From IMG/VR virus record IMGVR_UViG_3300042691_022450: a DNA stretch of 64,000 bases. One strand, 5' to 3'. Shown in pieces: positions 37,716-49,411 of the stretch. How positions within the stretch are numbered: the first letter of the stretch is position 1; each line of letters opens with the position of its first letter. The notes under the pieces are model-generated. The model had not been told where the DNA came from. It did not search any database and saw only the letters and a list, made by a program, of their open reading frames with translations. Made by a program: the position numbers and the translations under genes. The stretch is from a virus.

Positions 37716-37910
37716 ATGTCTAAAATTTCATTTACTGAAGGATTGCAAGTTTATTATAAGGGACTGTTTGGTGTCGTAGATTTTGTCTGCGACCAATATA
37801 TCACTGTATGCGTCCGAAAATTTCCAAATGAAAGAGTCAGAAATGTTTGTTTAGTTGTGCATCCAACAGAGTTTTATAATATAAAATTAGCAAAGGAGTC
37901 TACAAAGTAA
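37716..37910 (+). CDS. Hypothetical protein
   Basis: Small beta-rich ORF after TAAATA. Confidence 0.65.
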   Translation: MSKISFTEGLQVYYKGLFGVVDFVCDQYITVCVRKFPNERVRNVCLVVHPTEFYNIKLAKESTK

Positions 37911-37950
37911 AGTAAGTCATAAATACCTAAAAAGTCTAGGTATTTCAATA

Positions 37951-38589
37951 ATGACTACAAGAGTTAGTTTAATTGCCAATGACGCAGTAACTGGTGCTGG
38001 AATTAGTAATGAAACAATTACTAATGATGATATAGCACCTGGAACAATATCAACTAATAAGATCAATTTCACCACAGCACTTGTTCCAGTTGGTGGAATT
38101 ATTATGTGGTCTGGAACTACGACACCAGATGGGTGGCAACTATGCAATGGAACTGATTTACCATCAACTTCTCCATTAAGACCAAATATTACAAAAACTC
38201 CAGACCTAAGAGATAGATTTATTGTAGGTGCTACTAGTGGAGGAGATGGTGTTTATCCTGGAGTTGGTGTCAATCAAACTGGTGGTAGTGCCAATGCCGT
38301 TGTAGTTTCTCACATTCATACTGGAACCACTGGTGGGCAAAGTCAAGATCATACTCATACTTGGGGACGACAAGATGCTCAAAATGATGCCAATAATAGA
38401 CCCTGGCCTGCAAGTAATAATGACTGTATAATTAGTGAAGTTCAAACTGGTGGTACATCACAAGACCACACACATAATTTTACAACTTCCGATGCCAAAA
38501 ATGGATCTGATGTTGTCATTGGCGCATCAGCAACAAATGCAAACCTTCCACCATATTATGCCCTTGCGTTCATTATAAGGGTCTTATAA
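37951..38589 (+). CDS. Tail-collar domain (short fibre-like) protein
   Basis: PVGGIIMWSG..GWQLCNG..PDLRDRFIVG..HTH repeats..NLPPYYALAFI; late promoter TAAATA upstream. Confidence 0.85.
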   Translation: MTTRVSLIANDAVTGAGISNETITNDDIAPGTISTNKINFTTALVPVGGIIMWSGTTTPDGWQLCNGTDLPSTSPLRPNITKTPDLRDRFIVGATSGGDGVYPGVGVNQTGGSANAVVVSHIHTGTTGGQSQDHTHTWGRQDAQNDANNRPWPASNNDCIISEVQTGGTSQDHTHNFTTSDAKNGSDVVIGASATNANLPPYYALAFIIRVL

Positions 38590-38626
38590 TTTATCCAATG
38601 TGCCACTCGTAGCACTGGCACAGTAA

Positions 38627-39661
38627 ATGAGCACAGACCCCCCTGATGCCCTACAATACAGGGACACAAGCAAAGGAGACCACTTGGCAGACCTCGATAC
38701 TATCTTTAACTACACCACCTCTCGTTGGGATTGGCATGAAGGTAATGTCAATCAAATGTGGATTCAAGAGATTGAAGAATCTCCTGATTTTTATCGTTAT
38801 ATTGCCGTTGCTTACAATCCTCGTAAGAATGTGAGCACGGTAGTATCTGAACCTCGTTGCTATGCTGACACCTTGAACTGGGTTCGTATGTATTGCGGTA
38901 ATTTCTGTATTCTTCCTGAGTATTGCTATTGATTATGCTTTACAACATTACAGTTGAGTTTAAGGATGGAACTGTCGAGACGTTTCAACGCAGAAGCAAC
39001 ATCAAACCCATCAACAGTGTAAAACTCAACGATAAGATTGCTAACGAAATCTTTCCACGAGAGTGGAAAGAAATCTCTTCCAAACCTGTTTATTGATTAT
39101 GTCTTTCACTTTTCTTCGTCTGTCTGCTGGTATCTACGAAGTTCAGAAGGATTCTAACACTGTTGGATTCATTCGTAAAGCATCTGCTGCTAAGTGGATT
39201 GTTGTTGATGTTGTAGACACTCCTCAACAAGTCACAAAGACTCTCAAAGAAGCAAAGGATGCTTGTGTCAATCTAATCATCTTTGATGTGGTTGACAAGA
39301 CCCCTGAACCTGAGTATAATGACTCTGTAGGGGTTGATAAGGTGAATACTGAACTTAATAAGGTTGTTGAAGGTTCTTTGAATTGCTATAAGCAAGTTGA
39401 AGGTACTGATGAGTTTGTAAAAGTATCTCCTACTGAGTTTGGATTCCCTGAACCTACTCTTGAACCGATTGAGTTCTAATGTTTAAGTTTATTTTACACC
39501 TTTTAGTTAATCAAAACAAAATGCACGATTCTACTCTTGACCTGTTCTGCGAACACGAAGATTCTAAGTATGCAGATGAATATGCACTTTATGTTGAAGA
39601 ACTTGCTTCAAAATACGAAGTGACTTGTGATTACATCATCCAAGAGTTTATTCTTGAATAA
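38627..39661 (+). other. Small hypothetical ORFs (one ending 38932, 39099-39479, one ending 39661)
   Basis: Cassette after the promoter repeat at 38600. Confidence 0.65.
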
Positions 39662-39766
39662 TCTGTGCCACTAATTGCACCGTCCATAACACCTTCCGTT
39701 GATTCGGGGGGTGGGATTTGTGTTATTTTTTTATTATAAATAATAACAGAAATAACATTAAACCCT

Positions 39767-40273
39767 ATGCCATTCAAAGATGAAAATAAGTTAAAACAAT
39801 ATAGAAAAGATTATTGGGAAAAAAATAAAGAACATTATGAGAAATCCAGAAGAAATAGAATTTCTAATCAAACTGAAGAAGATAAGGAAAACTATAAAAA
39901 TACCAGGAATATATGGAGAGAAAAAAATAAAGATGAAATTAATAAAAAACAGAGAGAAAGGAAAGAAAAACATAAAAAATATTTGATTGAGATGCTTGGT
40001 GGAAAATGTGCTGGATGCGGAACAACTACCAATTTACAATTCGACCATATTGATAGAAATAGTAAGTTATTTTGTATAACTCATCAACTTGCTTCAAAAT
40101 TAGAAAAATTAATAGAAGAGGCAAACAAATGTCAATTATTATGTGATAGTTGCCATAGAATAAAAACATCAATAAATCACGATGCTAATTGTTTAGCAGA
40201 AGGCAAGAGGGTAATTGACATACAAATTATCGGAAGTAAAACCATTGTGACACTAGAACAAGTGTCCCTATAA
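39767..40273 (+). CDS. HNH homing endonuclease
   Basis: LGGKCAGCG..LQFDHID..CQLLCDSCH; TATAAATA inside a start-occluding hairpin. Confidence 0.88.
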   Translation: MPFKDENKLKQYRKDYWEKNKEHYEKSRRNRISNQTEEDKENYKNTRNIWREKNKDEINKKQRERKEKHKKYLIEMLGGKCAGCGTTTNLQFDHIDRNSKLFCITHQLASKLEKLIEEANKCQLLCDSCHRIKTSINHDANCLAEGKRVIDIQIIGSKTIVTLEQVSL

Positions 40274-40327
40274 TTGACCGAGCACGGGGTTTCTGTGCTA
40301 CAATACTTGTATTGATGAATTGATTTT

Positions 40328-41560
40328 ATGAAACTTTATCCCTATCAGCAGAGAACTCTTGATGCGATTAAGTCTCAAATTAAAGGCACTTGCTATCTTC
40401 CTACTGGTGCGGGTAAAACTGTTGTGATGATGGAAGATGCTCGTCAGAGGATTCTTAACGCACTGGAACCAATGACATTTGTTGTTGTTGCTCCTCGTAT
40501 TCTGCTTGCAAATCAACTTTGTTCTGAGTTTGAAGCATATCTCAAGGACCAGAATGTTGCTTATATGCACGTTCACAGTGGTGAAACTCATCATCAATCC
40601 TCTACACGTCCAGCAGACATTGCAGAATACAATGACACTGCAATCGGAAGTGGAAAGCATCAGTTTATCTTCACCACTTATAATTCGATTGGTCGGGTGA
40701 ATGAATCAGATATTGAAATTGATGTTGTGTATTTTGATGAAGCACATCATTGTGTGAAACCATCCAACTTTGTTGGTATTGCACATACTTCATCAGTTGC
40801 AGATAATGCTTATTTCTTCACTGCAACCCCGAAGTTCAATAACAGCACTGAGTCTATGAATAATACTGATGTTTATGGAAATAACATCATCAGTATTCCT
40901 GCACAAGAACTGATTGATGCTGGTAGTATCATTCCTCCCAAAGTTGTGCCTTATGAAGCACAAACCATTCGCACTAAAGAAAATGCTGCATTTGTAGATG
41001 CAGAAAACGTTGTAGGTATTCTCTCAGAGATTTCTGATTGTGATGCTCCTAAAGTTCTTGTTGCTGCTCCAAGCACCAAAGTAATCTGGGCAATGTTTAC
41101 TGAGAGTGATTTGCTTCAACAACTCAATGATATGGGTTATACGATTATGCACATCACTTCCAAGCACGGTGCTTATATTGACAAACAGAAAGTGTCTCGT
41201 GAAGTATTCTTTGAGAAGATGAGTGAGTTTGGTGCAGACCCAGAGAAAAAGTTCATTGTGTTTCACTACAGCATCTTGTCTGAAGGTATCAATGTTCAAG
41301 GTTTGACTCATTGCATTATGCTTCGCAATCTTCCATTGATTGAAATGGCACAGACTGTTGGACGGGTTATCCGTATGCACGGTGATGACCGTAAAGCAAT
41401 CGCAGATGGTAAGATGAAAGCAGGAGAGTTTGCTTTCTACAAGAAACCATTTGGCACTATCACGATTCCTGTTAATAACAACTATGGTGATAAGATTGCA
41501 AAGCAACTTCAAAATGTTGTGGATACTATCTTTGTGAAAGGTGAAGTTCTTGGTGTATAA
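40328..41560 (+). CDS. Superfamily II (DEAH) helicase
   Basis: Q motif YQQ, PTGAGKT, DEAHH, TATP, LSEGIN, QTVGRVIR. Confidence 0.92.
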   Translation: MKLYPYQQRTLDAIKSQIKGTCYLPTGAGKTVVMMEDARQRILNALEPMTFVVVAPRILLANQLCSEFEAYLKDQNVAYMHVHSGETHHQSSTRPADIAEYNDTAIGSGKHQFIFTTYNSIGRVNESDIEIDVVYFDEAHHCVKPSNFVGIAHTSSVADNAYFFTATPKFNNSTESMNNTDVYGNNIISIPAQELIDAGSIIPPKVVPYEAQTIRTKENAAFVDAENVVGILSEISDCDAPKVLVAAPSTKVIWAMFTESDLLQQLNDMGYTIMHITSKHGAYIDKQKVSREVFFEKMSEFGADPEKKFIVFHYSILSEGINVQGLTHCIMLRNLPLIEMAQTVGRVIRMHGDDRKAIADGKMKAGEFAFYKKPFGTITIPVNNNYGDKIAKQLQNVVDTIFVKGEVLGV

Positions 41561-41587
41561 ATTATATTATGTGTCCCACATAGAATT

Positions 41588-41752
41588 ATGCCATTTACAA
41601 AGAAATTTCCACAGTCAGGAGAAACAACCCATATTCGGGTTCCGAAATGTTATGCTGAACTCATTGAAGAACTGATGGTAACGTTAGATGAACGATTTGA
41701 TGTAGATAAGGGCAAACATCTACTGAAGAAGTTCATACACAACTTAACGTGA
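41588..41752 (+). CDS. Small putative DNA-binding (RHH-like) protein
   Basis: SGETTHIRVPKCYAELIEEL (manual translation); beta-strand then helices. Confidence 0.5.
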   Translation: MPFTKKFPQSGETTHIRVPKCYAELIEELMVTLDERFDVDKGKHLLKKFIHNLT

Positions 41753-42014
41753 GTCCAATGATATCCTGTGCCACCTGTAGCACTGGCACAGTAAATGAGC
41801 ACATACCCCTAAATGTGTTATAGTAGTTCTATGGTTGAGGAAGACCTTCAATGACTTACACCCCACATCTTTCTAAGATTCCTTATTTGATGATTCCAGA
41901 AAACAGAGTGAATCTTGCATTCAACTGGTATCAACGAGATAGGAGTCATCCACAAAACTTTCCTGCTTATTCTTATTGGATTCAACAATGCACAAATGAT
42001 GGGAGTGATTACTG

Positions 42015-42669
42015 ATGGAAATGCTTGATACTGTTCTGACTATTGAGGAAGTTTTGACTGATAAACAATTGCTTGCTCTGCAAGACATTCTTTGCCATTA
42101 CAAAGAGTTTCAGGAAGAACTTTACAACTATCCTGAACCTGATACTCTCTTCACTAAGACTCAACAAGAACTGTTTGACATCTTTAACATCAAATGACTT
42201 CTATTTCTTTTACCTCTGGTGAGTTGTTGGATATTATGTCCGTACTTGAAGAGAAAGAAAATGCTCTTCAACTTGCAGAGAATTATCAACTCTCTGCTTA
42301 TTATATGCACCTTGGGGGTCAATTCCAACGGATTTATGATAAACTGCAGGAGTTTGTTCCTGAGAACCGAGTTGCCAATCTTGTCCTTGCTGTGAATTGA
42401 TGACTATGGAAACACACAGTCTGATTATTCTTTCTACTGCACACCTACATCCATTGGAAGCAGCAAAGATTGATGAATTTTCTTATGTTGGAAACAAAGA
42501 ATGTGCTCTTGTTTCCACTGTTTCAGAGATGAGGGATTTCTATTATCAGGGTGGATTGGTTTGCTTGTGCGACCTGTTGAAATTGGTGCAAGAAAAATAT
42601 AATGCAAAATATGTTCTCTTTGACCCTGATGCAGATACTACTGATGAGTTCAGGTGTTATCAATGGTGA
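42015..42669 (+). other. Three small hypothetical ORFs (42015-42197, 42194-42400, 42397-42669)
   Basis: Coupled starts. Confidence 0.7.
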
Positions 42670-42749
42670 TGTGCCAGTTGTAGCACTGGCACACTAAAAG
42701 AGCACAGAGGCACCAGATGCCTTATAATACTCTCATACGAAACAAACCG

Positions 42750-42917
42750 ATGACCCTGACCGAAGCAAACAAGATATGGTCCGACTGTTACAACAGCGGC
42801 GACCTCTCACTGTGGAACAACTATACTAACGCCCAGCGTGAGCAGGCAATCGCCACCCGAGACGCCCACTTCAACGGTCGCCAGTGGGGCATCTGGAACA
42901 TCAACGATTGGGACTGA
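42750..42917 (+). CDS. Small hypothetical protein with GC-rich codons
   Basis: MTLTEANKIWSDCYNSGD...; bracketed by two promoter repeats. Confidence 0.7.
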   Translation: MTLTEANKIWSDCYNSGDLSLWNNYTNAQREQAIATRDAHFNGRQWGIWNINDWD

Positions 42918-43032
42918 TTGCCCTACCTGGTGGTCTGACTGGTAAGTGATGGCACTCTGAAAACTGGCACAGGGCATCCTTCGGAGTGCCCTTTGATGCC
43001 TTATAATACTCTCATACACAAAGGAACTTCAA

Positions 43033-44057
43033 ATGCTTGATGCCTTTACTGATTATCCTATTGAAAAACTTGATGATATTGAATTTGAAAAAGCACCCAT
43101 TCGTAAATGCACCATTCTAACTTGGGACAGAAATAAGTATTGTGATGTCCTTGTATATTTTGTAGATGAGGATGGTGATTTGCGAGGACACATTACTAAC
43201 TTCAAGCAGTGGTATTTGTATAAGAATGAAGCACGACTTGATGATGGTATTCAATTTACTGATGATGAACTGAAAACTCTTCCTTGGACTTGCCGATGAC
43301 TGCTATTGAAATTGATGAAATGATGAACCGAATGGAATCATTTGGTGGTTCATTTGTTGTTGCACTTGCTTATGCAATGCGAAAAGCAGACCCATCAAAT
43401 AAAACTAGACTGATTCTTGCCTTTCCTGAGTATGTGAAAGAGTATGGACCAGAAAGTCAGTTTCCTGCGTATGAATGATGAAACCTAAGTTCCGTGCCGT
43501 ATTAGAAATGGCAATAGAAGAAGGTGTAAGGTTTGGATACAATCGTGCTTTTAAGCATAATTCAGAACCACACATTGATTCTATATCTGATAGTATAGTT
43601 ACAGAAATCTTTAATTCACTTGACACTTGGTTTGATGACATCAACGACACTGAAAACTAAAATGAATCCTGAAATTAAACAGAAATGGGTTGATGCTCTG
43701 CGTTCTGGTAAGTATGACCAGGGCAGTAAGAAACTCCGCAGTCATCAAGGTTATTGTTGCCTTGGTGTTCTTTGTGATTTGTATGCACAAGAACAGAATA
43801 GAGAGTGGAAGTTTAGTGGAGAGTATGAGGAAAGTCCTCTCCCGATGGATTATTGGTATTTCGATGGTGAGGGTGAGTTTCTGCCCGACTCTGTAAGAGA
43901 ATGGGCAGGATTTTCTCTTCCTAGTCCTGAAGTTCGAGTTGATGTAACCGACAATGATGATGAGGATGATTGGTTCTATAATGATGAGATTGCCAGTCTG
44001 AACGATACAGGTTATACTTTTGAAGCACTTTCTAAACTAATCAAAGAACAATTTTAA
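43033..44057 (+). other. Hypothetical ORFs (43033-43299, one ending 43478, 43475-43660, 43662-44057)
   Basis: The 43662 ORF has a KWVDALRSGKYDQG..CCLGVLC phage motif. Confidence 0.7.
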
Positions 44058-44320
44058 TGGAACAACAAACTGTGACTCAATACAAGTCTGTAAATCTTAC
44101 TCTGTATTTCAATGCTGAATTGGATGATGGTGAGGTACAAGATTTCATTGACCGTATGACTGGAAAGTATAATCATCCTGATGACATCATCAAAGATTAT
44201 GAATACTGGTATGATGAGTGAGTCTAGTGTGAGACTGTGCCACTTGTAGAGGTGGCACACTATACCCCCCAAACCCCTTGCTGAGGTGCTACAATGATTG
44301 CATTGAAGGTTGAGAGACCA

Positions 44321-44716
44321 ATGACCGAAACACAAGTTCAACTCAAAGAAGCCACTGTTGATTTCATTAAGGATTTGGTTGAGCAATCCTATTATGATGA
44401 AGATATGTATATTTTCATCGGTGAGCACGGTGAAGATACATTTGTTCAGTATTATGAAGAGTATGTTCAGTTTGGTGAATCTTATAACTATCGTGCTGTA
44501 GATACTTTCATTGAAGAGTTTGGTATTGATAATCTATCTTCCTTTGAAGATGCTTACCGTGGTGAATGGGAGTCTAAAGCAGATTATGCGGAAAACTTTG
44601 TAACTGATTGTTATTCTGTTGATTTCCCTGCTTTTATTGAGATTGACTGGGAAAATACCTTTGACAATCTTGATTCTGTTTATGTCAATGGTTTTGTTTT
44701 TGATACCCAATTCTGA
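44321..44716 (+). CDS. ArdA-like antirestriction (DNA mimic) protein
   Basis: Very acidic; FEDAYRGEWES..DYAENFV..IDWE resembles the ArdA C-terminal domain. Confidence 0.65.
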   Translation: MTETQVQLKEATVDFIKDLVEQSYYDEDMYIFIGEHGEDTFVQYYEEYVQFGESYNYRAVDTFIEEFGIDNLSSFEDAYRGEWESKADYAENFVTDCYSVDFPAFIEIDWENTFDNLDSVYVNGFVFDTQF

Positions 44717-44719
44717 ATT

Positions 44720-45765
44720 ATGAAACTTCAATCTAACGATGGAAACATGGTGGTAGATTTCTACCCCATCAAAACACCTTTTGGTGATGTATCTCAAGAG
44801 TGGTTCTTGAAGACTCTCACTTTTATGGGTCAAAGTCAATCCAAGAAGTTTCTCAATCGCATTGAGATGAATCTTGAGATTGAAGAATATCTCAATCACA
44901 CTATTCCGTATGAAGTTGTAGACTTCAATACGATTCCACAACTTGCTAATCCTTTTATTGGTGTCTGACAATGCTTCTGAAACTAACTGACATTGAGTTT
45001 GATTTTGATGATGGAGAAGAAATCTCTGGGGAACTTCCTTATGATGAACAGGTTGCAGTCACTAAATCCGTGATTGGTGAAGTCTTTGAGGTTGAGACTG
45101 AAGATGAACTTGCTGATGCAGTTTCTGACAGAACTGGTTGGTGTGTGAAATATCTTGATTATGTTGAAATCTCTGAATCTCACTGAGTCCAATGATGCCC
45201 TGTGCCACTTGTTCTAGTGGCACACTAAAAGAGCACAGACCCCTAAATGTGGTATTCTTAAAGGGTGGAAGGGGTCGCACCCACCCGCAAACGTCCAAAC
45301 TCTATTTTAATCAAAATGACTGTTGATTTCTCTCGTGATGTGATGGTTGGTATGCTCCGCAAGGGTGATACTGGCAACGACATTCTGGATATTCTGAATG
45401 TTCTTGTTCCCGATCAAACTGAACTCACTCGTGAGCAAGTTTGTGAAGACCTGGGCATTGCTGATTGTCCTGAGAATGATGATGAGATTGCCCGTGCTAT
45501 GGTTGCTGCCTGAGTTTAATTTGGGGGAGATTCAATTCTCCCTCTGTGGATTTAATTCATTTACTCTTTGATTCCAATGTTTGTTATCTGTCCCGCATCT
45601 TTTGATTTGATTGATGCTGAGTGGTTTGACAATGTATATGAAGCAAAAGATGAAGCACTTGATTGGAGTGTTGAACTCTCTGGTGAGAATGTGATTGTTT
45701 ATCGGGCAGTTGAGGAAGATGATGGTGCTTATGAGTTTGATAAACTCTATGCCATCTCTGCCTGA
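44720..45765 (+). other. Small acidic hypothetical ORFs (44720-44968, 44971-45186, 45316-45513, one ending 45765)
   Basis: Early-type cassettes. Confidence 0.68.
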
Positions 45766-46199
45766 TGAGAACTAAAACACTCACATTTAGACCACCAAAT
45801 AAGATGCGAACTATAATTCTTATCTTTGCGGTTGCATTTATTTTCTCTCCGAGTGTGAGGAATGTAACTGCAAACACACTTTACACTGTTGCTGACGTTA
45901 TTTCATCCAAATGACACTCACTCACATTAACAATCAAAAACTTAAGCAGTTTGCTATTACTGCTCCTGGATTTGAGTTTCCTGATTATGTTTATGCAGAA
46001 ACAAGAGAACAAGCAATTCTAGAGTGGGCAGATACTATTGTTTGTGCTGATGTAACTGAAATTGAAGAACGGTGAGTCCAGTGTTGAGACATGCCACTTG
46101 TAGCACTGGCACACTAAACGGGCACTGGCACTTTTTTCTGGTAAATTAAGAGGGTGGAAGGGGTCAGTCCCATCCGAGTCCAATTCTTCACTTCTTGTT

Positions 46200-46874
46200 A
46201 TGGATCGTCAGCAAGTTATCGCAAAGATTCAATCCATTCTGAAACTGCAGAATGGAACTTCTTTTGAAGGTGAGGCAGATGCTGCTGCCAAGATGATTGA
46301 TAAACTGTGTAAGCAGTATGGTGTTACAATCACCGAAGCAACTGAAACTCAAGTTTATGATGAATCTTTCATCAATTTCAAACGTGTGAATGTTGCACTT
46401 ACGACTCTTCTGAATGCGATTGCATCTTTCTATGATGCAAAGGCATATATGAAGAATGGTGATGTTAAGTCTCTGCAAATCATTGGTAGTGAAGCACAAC
46501 AAATCCAAGTGCGTCTCTATTATGATTACCTGAATCAAGTGATGGAGAAAGAAGCAGAAGTTGCATATCAAGCAGAGAAGATTATGTCTGCTCTAACTGG
46601 TGCAACTGTTTCTCGTAGTTTCAAACTTAATTTCCGCAAGGCATTTGCAGATAATGTTGCTCTGCGTTTGCGTGAAATGAAGAAAGCAGAGAACCGAGTT
46701 CACGATGATGCAAAAGCAGTGAGTGATAAACTCTCTACGATGCGATTCGGACGTGCAAAGAAGATGAATGGTGCTAATGGTGCTGGTGCTTATGCTGGTT
46801 CTAACGTTGGTGCTGGTGTATCTCTGAACCGTCAAGCAACTGGTTCTGTGACCAAACAACTGTGTGGAGTGTGA
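46200..46874 (+). CDS. DUF2786-like domain protein
   Basis: KIQSILKL...EGEADAAAKMIDKLCKQYGV N-terminus. Confidence 0.7.
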   Translation: MDRQQVIAKIQSILKLQNGTSFEGEADAAAKMIDKLCKQYGVTITEATETQVYDESFINFKRVNVALTTLLNAIASFYDAKAYMKNGDVKSLQIIGSEAQQIQVRLYYDYLNQVMEKEAEVAYQAEKIMSALTGATVSRSFKLNFRKAFADNVALRLREMKKAENRVHDDAKAVSDKLSTMRFGRAKKMNGANGAGAYAGSNVGAGVSLNRQATGSVTKQLCGV

Positions 46875-46918
46875 GTTAATCTCACCTCTACTTCACTTTT
46901 CCCTTTATTCCTAATACG

Positions 46919-49054
46919 ATGAACGCACAACTGACAATTGATGAGTGTAAACTGATGTGGGTTGTTGGTGCATTGCAACGACTTGCAACTTTGGGTATGA
47001 TTGGTCCTGATATTCCTCTGAAACTTTCTGGTAGTGCAGTAGATGATTATCTTTATATTGATGAGCATCGGGAAATTCTGTTTGAATCTGATTTTGAGAT
47101 TGCAAGTATTTTCACTGCTCTTGTCAATAGTGAATGTGACCCAAAAGTTCAAAATCCTGATGATACCAAACCTCTGATTGAACTTCTTCTGCAATATAAG
47201 AACAATCGCACCGAGATTGTGAAGTATGCACTCTCGCAACAAGTTATTTGAAAATGACAATGGATAAAGATTTAATGCAAATCACACTGAGTAAGGAAAA
47301 TTATAAGGTTCTACATAAACTCATCTGCGACCAAATGGTTTATATTCTTTCTCCATTTGACAATGATGATTATGAACCAACGCAAGAACATCTAAAGATT
47401 CTCGACGCAGTTACAAAGTTCAGTTCTTATCAAGTTACTTACAATGTTTGACCTTCTGAAGTTTAACCCCCATCATATTCCTGAGTCTATTCAAGCACGA
47501 CATAAGTTTTCCAACGGTTGGGAGATTAGTGTAGTTGCTGGTCCACCGAATTGTGGTCTCTATGGCAACATCAATGAGAACACTTATGAAGTTGCAATTT
47601 TCCGTCCCAATGGAAATATGACTGAAGATGTAAATGGTTGGAATACTAAAGAAGAAGTATCTGCGATGATGTGGGTGCTGTCTCAACTCTAGTCTCTTAT
47701 ACCGTGTGCCACTTGTAGCACTGGCACAGTAAAAGAGCACAGACCCCTGGATGTGGTATATTAAAGAGGTGGAGGGGTCTGGTCCCACCCGAGTCCCATT
47801 CTTCATTCTTTATGCAAACTCTTCAGATGACTGCTGCTCAACGGATGGAAAAGCAATTCTTCATTCAAATGATTCAACTTGTGAATGAAGTGCAAGGTAA
47901 GCAGAAACTTCCTTCTCAAGTTAATTCTTCTCGTAAGTCTGCTTGGTGTAAGAAAGTTTCTAATCCCAAGCAAAAGAAAGATGCACTTGCTCGCATCTAG
48001 TTCTTAATTCTTTCATCTGTCCCACACAAACAACAAACAATGCTGATCAAAACTGTTTTCGATGTTCAAACCAAGCAAGCAGGTTATGCTATTTGTGATC
48101 CTGCCACTGAACGTTGTGGTTTTGTGACTTATAGCATCATCAATGCTATTAAAGCAGGGCAATGTAAAACCTTCGCACAAGTTCAACAACTCATCAATGC
48201 CTGAAATGAATCAAATGTATGAAGTTACTTATCAGGTGCCTTACAACGATTGTGAATGGAGAAGTCAATACTTTAATACTCTACAAGAAGCACAATCAAT
48301 GGTAGAGTTTTATAGGTCTTGTGGATCTCCTGCTAAACTGATTGAACGTAAAGTAAGTAACTGAAATGACTCAAACTCTCACTGAAACCATCTACTCTGA
48401 TGCTCTGTTATTTCTGACTCGATACTTCAATCAGTTTGATGAATGTCAGTTGCAAGAACACGATGATTTGACTATTCAAGACATTGTTGATGTTCTTGGT
48501 TATGCAAGTTTCGAGGAGCATTATCATTCTGATGTAGCATATATTTCTGATATTCAGACACTCAATAAACTTCGTAATGAAATTCGCAATCGGTTCTATC
48601 AATGACTGAACTCATCAATCGAACTCATATGCTTATCGAGGCACTTGAGTATTATATTCAAGACCTCAAAAAGAATAATTGCACTGAAGCATCTATTCAA
48701 GCATACACAACTCTTCTCAAAGAGATTGATGTTGACAACTACTCAGTCATTGATTAAAACAAAGATGAAACGTAAAGAAAAACTTGAACTACTATCTAAA
48801 GCACAAGATGGTAATGAACTTCTTCTAATCGCACAAGCAATTATTAACTCTCAAACCAAATGATTATTCTTCAAAAAGAAAACCACGGTTGTGTTTATAC
48901 AATTGATCCTGATACTCAAGAACTCTTCTATGCCCCCATTCATACAAACAACACTGTAAATCTTTCTGAGTTTGCACCTGTTGATCTATCAAGTGTAGAT
49001 GATGAATATGATGTAATTACGATTCAAAAAGAACTGATTAACCTAAACAAATAG
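46919..49054 (+). other. Small hypothetical ORFs (46919-47251, 47248-47451, 47444-47692, 47812-48000, one ending 48364, 48366-48605, 48860-49054)
   Basis: Packed + strand ORFs. Confidence 0.68.
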
Positions 49055-49354
49055 TAATACAATGAATGAAACGTTTGTAAGGTTGAGTGAAGAACAAATC
49101 AATCTGATTATGTTCTGTCTAGAGCAAATGGAATGTGATTTCAATGAGACTGAACAATCATTATGCGAAGCAATCATTGACTCTTTCACCACTGCTCTAG
49201 TAGAGATAAACACTTAATCATAAGATGAAATAATCATTTATAACGATAAAATGTTTTAATTGATAATTAAATTAAATGTATTAAAAAACATATGTTAGTG
49301 TTTTGTGTTGATATAATGATAGTGTTATAATAGTCTTTATATCCTCTTTATACT

Positions 49355-49411
49355 CTTATAAATGCCTCTAGTTCTTGTCTTTAGACACTTATAAATGCCT
49401 CTAGTTCTTGT
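49355..49411 (+). repeat. 24-bp direct repeat x2
   Basis: CTTATAAATGCCTCTAGTTCTTGT at about 49355 and 49388. Confidence 0.8.
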
